Part shown: one piece after another, positions 58,659 to 64,000 of the stretch
How the letters are laid out: each line of letters begins with the position of its first letter
How positions within the stretch are numbered: the first letter of the stretch is position 1
DNA from: an uncultured Acidobacteriota bacterium
Lineage (GTDB): Bacteria; Acidobacteriota; UBA6911
DNA: 64,000 nucleotides
Direction: 5' to 3'
Assembly (NCBI GenBank): GCA_963843575.1
Contig: CAWJKZ010000013.1
Coordinates: 192,001-256,000, forward strand
Notes under the pieces: model-generated
Seen by the model: only the letters and a program-made list of their open reading frames with translations
What the model was told of the DNA's origin: nothing
The model's database searches: none
Translations under genes and position numbers: made by a program

Positions 58659-59978
58659 ATGCTCGACCTCGTCGCCCTCGGTGATTGTCCCGTGGAGCTG
58701 TGGTGCCGCGACAGGTTCACCGCCGACACGCAGTTCCGTTCCCGCGTGGGCGGCGATGCCTTCCTCCTGGCCCGCTCGGCGGTGCAGCTTGGCCTCAAGG
58801 CGGGACTGGTGAGCAGGCTGGGCGACGACCTGTTCGAGACGTTCATTCGCGACGCGCTGCTGACCGCGGGGATCGACACGAGCCGGTGCCTGACGGTCTC
58901 AGGCATCAACGGTGTCATCTTCAGCCACGGCGACCGGGCCGGCCTGAGGCGCTCCTTCCGCCGCACCGGTTCGGCGGCGGCGGTGTTCGACCTGCTCGAT
59001 CCCGATCTCGGCTACATCGCGGGGAGCCGCTGGCTTTATTCGTGTGGCGAGTTTCAGGCCCTCTCCGTCGCGGCGCAGGACGCCGTGTTCGGCGCCTTCA
59101 AGGCCGCGGCCGCCTCCGGGGTCCGTACGGCCTTCGGCGCTAACCTCGATCCCCGGTTGACGACCCCGACCGCGGCGCGCGCGGCCCTGCTGGAGATCGC
59201 GCCCATGGTCGACCTGATGTTCGTTCACCCGGCTCAAGCCGCCCCCTGGCTCGGCACTGCCGAACCCGCCCGTGTCGCCGGTTGGGTGCTCGAGCAGGGA
59301 ACGCGCCTGGCCGTGGTGCGCGGCGACGGGCGCATCAACGCACTCGCCGCCTCGACCCTCGCCGAGTCTTTCCCCGGCGACGGCCTCCCGAACCCTCGCA
59401 ACCCACTTTCGGACGCAGACCTCGACGCGGGGTTCCTGGCGGACCTGGTCGCCGGGCTCGACCCGGTTTCGGCGGCCCGGCGAGCCGTGCGGAGGGGCTC
59501 AACCGCAGCCGCCGCGCCCGAAGCGCCGCCGGGCGCGGCTAATCCGAATGCCTCGGCCGAATTTCTCGTCTATATCGACGGGGGCTCGCGCGGCAATCCG
59601 GGTGCAGCCGGCGCCGGCGTCTACTTCGAACTCGACGGCAAGCCCTGGCGCGGCCTCTACGAGTACCTGGGGATCCGCACCAACAACTTCGCCGAGTACT
59701 CCGCGCTGCTGCGCGCGCTGCGCTATGCCCTGGAACACGGACTGCGCCGGCTCTCGGTCTGCTCGGATTCCGAACTCCTCGTCAAGCAGCTCAAAGGGAT
59801 TTACCGGGTGAAGAACCCCGCACTCCAGAAACTCCACGCGGAGGCCGAGCAGCTCATCCGGCAGTTAGAGCGCTTCTCCATCCGGCACGTGCCGCGGGAG
59901 CAGAACGAAAGGGCCGACGCCCTGGCCAACAAGGCACAAGACGAGCGGGGCAGCGGCGAAGAGAGCTATGATGGGTGA
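58659..59978 (+). CDS. Degenerate PfkB-family domain fused to ribonuclease HI
   Basis: N-terminal LVALGD, VGGDA, SRLGDDLF; C-terminal YIDGGSRGNPG, TNNFAEY, SDSEL and NERADALAN with the acidic catalytic residues intact. Confidence 0.8.
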   Translation: MLDLVALGDCPVELWCRDRFTADTQFRSRVGGDAFLLARSAVQLGLKAGLVSRLGDDLFETFIRDALLTAGIDTSRCLTVSGINGVIFSHGDRAGLRRSFRRTGSAAAVFDLLDPDLGYIAGSRWLYSCGEFQALSVAAQDAVFGAFKAAAASGVRTAFGANLDPRLTTPTAARAALLEIAPMVDLMFVHPAQAAPWLGTAEPARVAGWVLEQGTRLAVVRGDGRINALAASTLAESFPGDGLPNPRNPLSDADLDAGFLADLVAGLDPVSAARRAVRRGSTAAAAPEAPPGAANPNASAEFLVYIDGGSRGNPGAAGAGVYFELDGKPWRGLYEYLGIRTNNFAEYSALLRALRYALEHGLRRLSVCSDSELLVKQLKGIYRVKNPALQKLHAEAEQLIRQLERFSIRHVPREQNERADALANKAQDERGSGEESYDG

Positions 59979-60024
59979 TAGGTTCCGGGGTGTCGGCAAG
60001 CAGGACCTTCGGCGCCCAGGTTCT

Positions 60025-60049
60025 CCAGCACCCAGCACCCAGCACCCAA
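60025..60049. repeat. Heptamer tandem repeat (CCAGCAC)x3
   Basis: ccagcacccagcacccagcacccaa in intergenic DNA. Confidence 0.5.
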
Positions 60050-60086
60050 CTTGAGGGTCCTGATCAGGATCTGGTACGCTAAGAAC

Positions 60087-60908
60087 ATGCTACGGAATTT
60101 GTCGCTGAGCCTTCTGCTCGCCGGGCTGCTGTGCGCAACGGTCCAAGCCCAGAGCGTCACCGTCGTCTCGATAACCTTTGAAGGGAACAGGGCGATCGAC
60201 GCCGCGCGGCTGAAATCGTATTTGCGGTTCTGCAGGGAGGGAGGGCTCTTCCAGCCCGCTGCGCTCGAGGAAGATATCCGCCGGCTCGGAACCTATTACG
60301 AGGACATGGGATTCCTCCACGCCAAGGTGGGGCCTGCCTCGGTCCGGACGGAAACCATCACCGGCAGGCAGGGTGCCGCGATCCGGATCCCCATTGCGGA
60401 AGGGCCGCAGTTTGTCCTCGGCGAGGTCTCGATCCGAAACGCGAAGATGCTCAAGCCCCCGACGCTGCTCCAGATGTCGCCTCTGCGGGCAGGGCAACCT
60501 TACAGCCGCGGCAAGATGGCCGAGTGGAGGGACAAGATCGTCGAGAGCTACCAGTCGATGGGCTACATCAGGTTCAAGGCCGAGCTGCGCGAGGACGTGC
60601 GCGAAGTCCGTCGGGTGGTCGACTGTGTCCTGGAGTGCACCGAGGGAGGGGCCTACCGGGTGAGGAGCATCGCGGTTGAAGGGGAACCTTCGATCGACCG
60701 GGCCGATTTCAAGCGACACCTCCTCGTGGGCGAGGGGGGCGTGTACAACCCGGAGATGCTGGTCCTGAGCCTGCATTTCATTAACCAGATGGGGGTGTTC
60801 AACCCGATCTCGCAGTCCGACGTCGACGTGCGCATCGACGACGCCGCGCGTGCGGTGGACCTGCTGTTCCGGGTCGTGCCGCTCAAGAAACTGGCTCCGA
60901 GCATGTGA
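60087..60908 (+). CDS. POTRA-domain-only periplasmic protein (BamA N-terminus-like)
   Basis: Signal peptide; ITFEGN, YEDMGF, IAEGPQF, YQSMGY, EGGAYRV; no barrel domain. Confidence 0.8.
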   Translation: MLRNLSLSLLLAGLLCATVQAQSVTVVSITFEGNRAIDAARLKSYLRFCREGGLFQPAALEEDIRRLGTYYEDMGFLHAKVGPASVRTETITGRQGAAIRIPIAEGPQFVLGEVSIRNAKMLKPPTLLQMSPLRAGQPYSRGKMAEWRDKIVESYQSMGYIRFKAELREDVREVRRVVDCVLECTEGGAYRVRSIAVEGEPSIDRADFKRHLLVGEGGVYNPEMLVLSLHFINQMGVFNPISQSDVDVRIDDAARAVDLLFRVVPLKKLAPSM

Positions 60909-60945
60909 CGCGGTAGTCGGGCGCCGCCAGGCGTGCTCCCTGATA

Positions 60946-61890
60946 ATGAAAGGTTGCATGTTCTCGAGGACTTTCGCAGCGGCATGTGGCGTCGGTCTGT
61001 GGCTGATGGCTACAGCCCCGGCCGCAGGTGTCCGGGCGCAGGAACCGGCGACCACGATCCGCACCGAAGTGGCCCTCGTCAATGTCGTTTTTTCCGCCGT
61101 CGACCGCAACAACCGCCGCGTCACCGGCCTGACCAGGGACGATTTCATCGTACTCGAAGACAGGCAACCGCAGCAGGTCGAGTACTTCAGCGACCTGGGC
61201 GAGGGAAGCCCGGTGCCCCTCACGATCGCCCTGCTGCTCGATACGAGCGGCAGCGTCAAAACTAAGCTCGAATACGAGAAAGACACCGCCGCGGAATTCT
61301 TCAGGACGATCCTCCGCAAGAGCAAGGATCTGGCGCTGATCATCCAGTTCGACTCCGATGTCAACCTCGTGCAGGATTTCACGGACGACGCCGACCGCCT
61401 CATTGGCGCCATGGATTTGCTCGAGGCGGGCAACAGCACGTCGCTGTACGACGCGATCTACCTGGCCGTCGACGAAAAACTCAAGACCGAGACCGGCCGC
61501 AAAATCATCATCGTCATCACCGACGGCGAAGACACCTCGAGCAAACTGCGCAAGGAAGAGGCGATTGAAGTTGCCCAGAAGAATGATGTCCTGATCTACG
61601 GGATTGGGGTGCGCGGTGACCTGGGGACCAACTTCGGGGTGCTGAAGAAGTTTTCCGAGGAGACCGGCGGGAGCTTCTTCTCGCCGCGCGCCCGCTTCGC
61701 GGAAATCCAGTCCGCGTTCAAGGCGATCGGGGCGGACATCCAGGGCCAGTACAGCCTGGCTTACCGTTCAACCAACACGAAGCGGGACGGTTCTTTTCGG
61801 GCCATCGAGATCCGATGCAAGCAGGGGGGGGTACGGGTGCGCGCCCGGAAGGGCTACTACGCGCCCAGAGAATCCCCTCGGAGCCACTAG
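60946..61890 (+). CDS. VWA domain protein, Acidobacterial type
   Basis: TIRTEVALVNV, GLTRDDF, MIDAS LLDTSGS, TSLYDAI, ITDGED, QYSLAY, RARKGYYA. Confidence 0.92.
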   Translation: MKGCMFSRTFAAACGVGLWLMATAPAAGVRAQEPATTIRTEVALVNVVFSAVDRNNRRVTGLTRDDFIVLEDRQPQQVEYFSDLGEGSPVPLTIALLLDTSGSVKTKLEYEKDTAAEFFRTILRKSKDLALIIQFDSDVNLVQDFTDDADRLIGAMDLLEAGNSTSLYDAIYLAVDEKLKTETGRKIIIVITDGEDTSSKLRKEEAIEVAQKNDVLIYGIGVRGDLGTNFGVLKKFSEETGGSFFSPRARFAEIQSAFKAIGADIQGQYSLAYRSTNTKRDGSFRAIEIRCKQGGVRVRARKGYYAPRESPRSH

Positions 61891-62084
61891 GCGTTCGACA
61901 TCACCTTGTCTATCCTGTACGGGCGATAGACGAAAAACTCCGCATCACGGTCTCGCGAAATGTGATAGATCGCGTCCTTGCACGTTTCGCACGCGTCGAT
62001 GTGCTCGAGCAACTCCAGTTTTTTGTCCAGATCCAACCGACCATCCAGGTATTGCACCAGGTTCTCAAAACTGCATGCGGTCAT
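61887..62084 (-). CDS. Stand-alone zf-HC2 (ZAS anti-sigma-like) protein
   Basis: LVQYLDGRL...EHIDACETC (HxxxCxxC); no TM helix. Confidence 0.75.
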   Translation of the reverse strand: MTACSFENLVQYLDGRLDLDKKLELLEHIDACETCKDAIYHISRDRDAEFFVYRPYRIDKVMSNA

Positions 62085-62139
62085 TGCGCACCCCCGAGTT
62101 TCTAGTCAGTTAATCGGAACTCCGGGTGGAAATCTTGAG

Positions 62140-62166
62140 AAAACTTTTTCGAACAACCGTGCGTCT
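62140..62166 (+). promoter_or_regulatory. ECF-sigma-type promoter
   Basis: AAAC-N17-CGTCT upstream of the sigma4-only gene. Confidence 0.4.
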
Positions 62167-62216
62167 TAGTCAGTATAAGAAGCCGGAAGGCAACAACGGA
62201 TCGAGGGGAGTCGGAC

Positions 62217-62522
62217 ATGCAAGGCGCGAGTTTCGACATGGAAAGGTCACGCGAATTGTTGCGTGAGACGATCGTGGATGTGCTGAGGTCATGGCCGGAC
62301 GTCGAGCGCCGCGTGTTCGTGCGGTCTCACTACCGGGGCGAATCACCCGAGGCGATCGCCATCTCGCTCGGTTTGAGGCCCGCCGATGTGCGCCCCATCC
62401 TCGAGCATTGCGAAAGGCAGCTCCGGGCCGCCTTGAAAACCTTCCGTGACGGCGGTGCAGAGGGACCGTCCGCTCCTCTACAGCCGCCGCCCAGCTTCGC
62501 TTCCAGCGGCTGTGTCCAGTAG
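62217..62522 (+). CDS. Sigma70 region-4-only protein
   Basis: GAGGGGAG RBS; LRSWPDVERRVFV...GESPEAIAISLGL...V matches the ECF region 4 pattern; no region 2. Confidence 0.65.
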   Translation: MQGASFDMERSRELLRETIVDVLRSWPDVERRVFVRSHYRGESPEAIAISLGLRPADVRPILEHCERQLRAALKTFRDGGAEGPSAPLQPPPSFASSGCVQ

Positions 62523-62652
62523 GGGGTGCGGCGATTCGATCTCCAGGCACCGGGCCGAGTTCGAACCCACCAGGCCGGCGCCATCACAAACCAGCTCACG
62601 GGTTATCGGATTCCGTGTACTTCCGTGGCGAGTCTCAGCTTGTGTGCCCCTA

Positions 62653-62893
62653 AGGGCTCGCGCAAGAATAATTTCACATTTTGCTGACGGCTCCCGAGCC
62701 AACAGATCCTACAGCAAGCAACGATAGGAGATTGCTGTTAACTGAGCCGTCAGCCCTCCGGGGCGCGGCGGCGGGCGGGCATCTGCGGCGTTGCCGCTCC
62801 TCGACGATGTCACCACATCGCCTGCGTCGCGGCGCCTTGCATCTGCCTGCCCGGCGCTCGCGCAAAATGTGAACTTATTCTTGCGCGAACACT
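62653..62893. mobile_element. 241-bp MITE with 32-bp terminal inverted repeats
   Basis: AGGGCTCGCGCAAGAATAATTTCACATTTTGC versus the reverse complement of the right end AGTGTTCGCGCAAGAATAAGTTCACATTTTGC (29/32); no coding capacity. Confidence 0.75.
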
Positions 62894-62915
62894 CAAATAC
62901 AACTGCAACAACATG

Positions 62916-63010
62916 TCACGGAAAGCACCGAAAACACGGCATTTCAAGCGTAGTTTTCCGTGTGCTTCCGTGTTTCTCCGTGGCAATCTTTTCTGTTTTC
63001 TCCGTTCCCT
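62916..63010. repeat. Short-period degenerate inverted repeat (CACGGAAA / TTCCGTG)
   Basis: cacggaaagcaccgaaaacacgg...ttccgtgtgcttccgtgtttctccgtgg; similar units at 62611-62629, on the other side of the MITE. Confidence 0.5.
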
Positions 63011-63149
63011 GCATCGCGATGCGCACAAAGCCCGGGTTCGACCGGCGCACTTCAAACCGTGTCCAATTTGTTTCAGATTTTCCCTGCCTGGTCGATATGT
63101 ACTCGTGGGCCCGGGCGCTTCGCCTTCCCCAGGACCAGGAATGTGAGAC

Positions 63150-63923
63150 ATGAACAACGGCTCTCACCAGGGCGCTGTCGATATCGTCGTGCCCGTTCGC
63201 AACAACTACCACCGCACGCGCACGCTGCTCGAGGGGATCTACCGTTATTCCGATCTGCCGTTCCATCTTTACGTCGTCGACAACGCCTCGACGGACGAAA
63301 CGGCCGATCTGGCGAAGATTTACACTCGCGACATCACGGTCGTCAGGAACCGCGAGAACCGGGGCTGGCAGGACGGCCTGAACCAGGGAATCGGGCTCGG
63401 CCACAACCCGACGGTGGTGTGCCTGAGAAGCGACGTCGAGGTTTCGCAGGGATGGCTTGGCAACCTGGTTGCCTTCCTCCAGAGCCACCCGCGCATCGGG
63501 GCGGTCGGGCCGCTGAGTTCCAACCCCGAACACTGGCAGTGCGTCGACCGGGTTCGGACGGACCTGGTGCCTGAAATCCCGTCGTTCCTCACCGGCGACC
63601 TGCACGAGCGCAACCACATTCTCGCCCACCACTTCCACCGCGCCGGCATCCTCGTGGAAGGGATGCTTGCTTCGTTCTGCATGGCACTGCAGCGTCGTGG
63701 AATCCGGGCAGCCGGTTTCCTTGACGAAAGCTCCGAGGGAAGCGACGATTATTGCAGGCGCCTGCGCAAAGCGGGCTACGTGCTCGGCTTGTCGCTGGAC
63801 ACCTACGTGATTCACCACGGCGCCGACTCCGTCGTCAGGGACGTTCGGACACTGGCGGGAGTCTGCGAGGTGAGGCGACCCGCCCCGCCCCGCGCCAGGG
63901 AAAAGCACACCCAGTACTGCTGA
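63150..63923 (+). CDS. Glycosyltransferase family 2 protein
   Basis: DIVVPVRN, VVDNASTD, NRENRG...NQG, IGAVGP, DDYCRR, YVIHHG. Confidence 0.85.
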   Translation: MNNGSHQGAVDIVVPVRNNYHRTRTLLEGIYRYSDLPFHLYVVDNASTDETADLAKIYTRDITVVRNRENRGWQDGLNQGIGLGHNPTVVCLRSDVEVSQGWLGNLVAFLQSHPRIGAVGPLSSNPEHWQCVDRVRTDLVPEIPSFLTGDLHERNHILAHHFHRAGILVEGMLASFCMALQRRGIRAAGFLDESSEGSDDYCRRLRKAGYVLGLSLDTYVIHHGADSVVRDVRTLAGVCEVRRPAPPRAREKHTQYC

Positions 63924-64000
63924 GGGTGGGTTGCGTCGGATCGACACCGGCCCGGCCTAATCCTTCCCTATAGTTTTACTAATCCTTTACAGAACCGGAT

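Noticed and set aside
58659-59978. RNase H domain as part of a retroelement or transposase
   Set aside because: Motifs match cellular RNase HI (DGGSRGNPG, TNNxAEY), the context is housekeeping, and there is no reverse transcriptase in the window.
62540-62585. tRNA-like GTTCGAACCC...GCCA
   Set aside because: No paired T-stem, D-arm or anticodon arm on either strand; only a simple GC hairpin.

Overview
GC-rich bacterial chromosomal window. It most resembles Acidobacteriota, judged from a VWA 'Acidobacterial-type' protein, a TPR/FG-GAP/ASPIC protein, carboxypeptidase-regulatory/TPR proteins and many Tat-exported sugar enzymes; this placement is an inference. About 55 CDS cover housekeeping (proS, rpiB, glyA, DinG helicase, dtd, DAHP synthase), stress and repair (msrPQ, osmC, Ku, RNase HI fusion), metal handling (CDF exporter, Zn/Mn-type uptake operon), signalling (V4R-PAS histidine kinase with a sigma54 activator, REC-GAF-PP2C phosphatase) and catabolism. 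Several genes are frameshifted in clusters, which looks like assembly indel error. I see no rRNA, tRNA, CRISPR array, transposase or phage. The most interesting signals are non-coding or tiny: (1) two tandem paralogous small RNAs at 735-1162 (- strand) with sigma54-type promoters, an anti-Shine-Dalgarno core and a co-varying terminator, next to the sigma54 two-component system; (2) a structured ~200-nt RNA divergent from a LysR gene; (3) a leaderless CxxC/RGPP (DUF2946-like) leader peptide ahead of an ATPase-less metal uptake operon; (4) a complete Phe/Tyr attenuator before DAHP synthase; (5) a divergent sigma4-only / zf-HC2-only mini-gene pair; (6) a degenerate PfkB-RNase HI fusion. Several REP/MITE-like repeat families fill the intergenic space. 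All family assignments come from motif recognition by eye, not from database searches.
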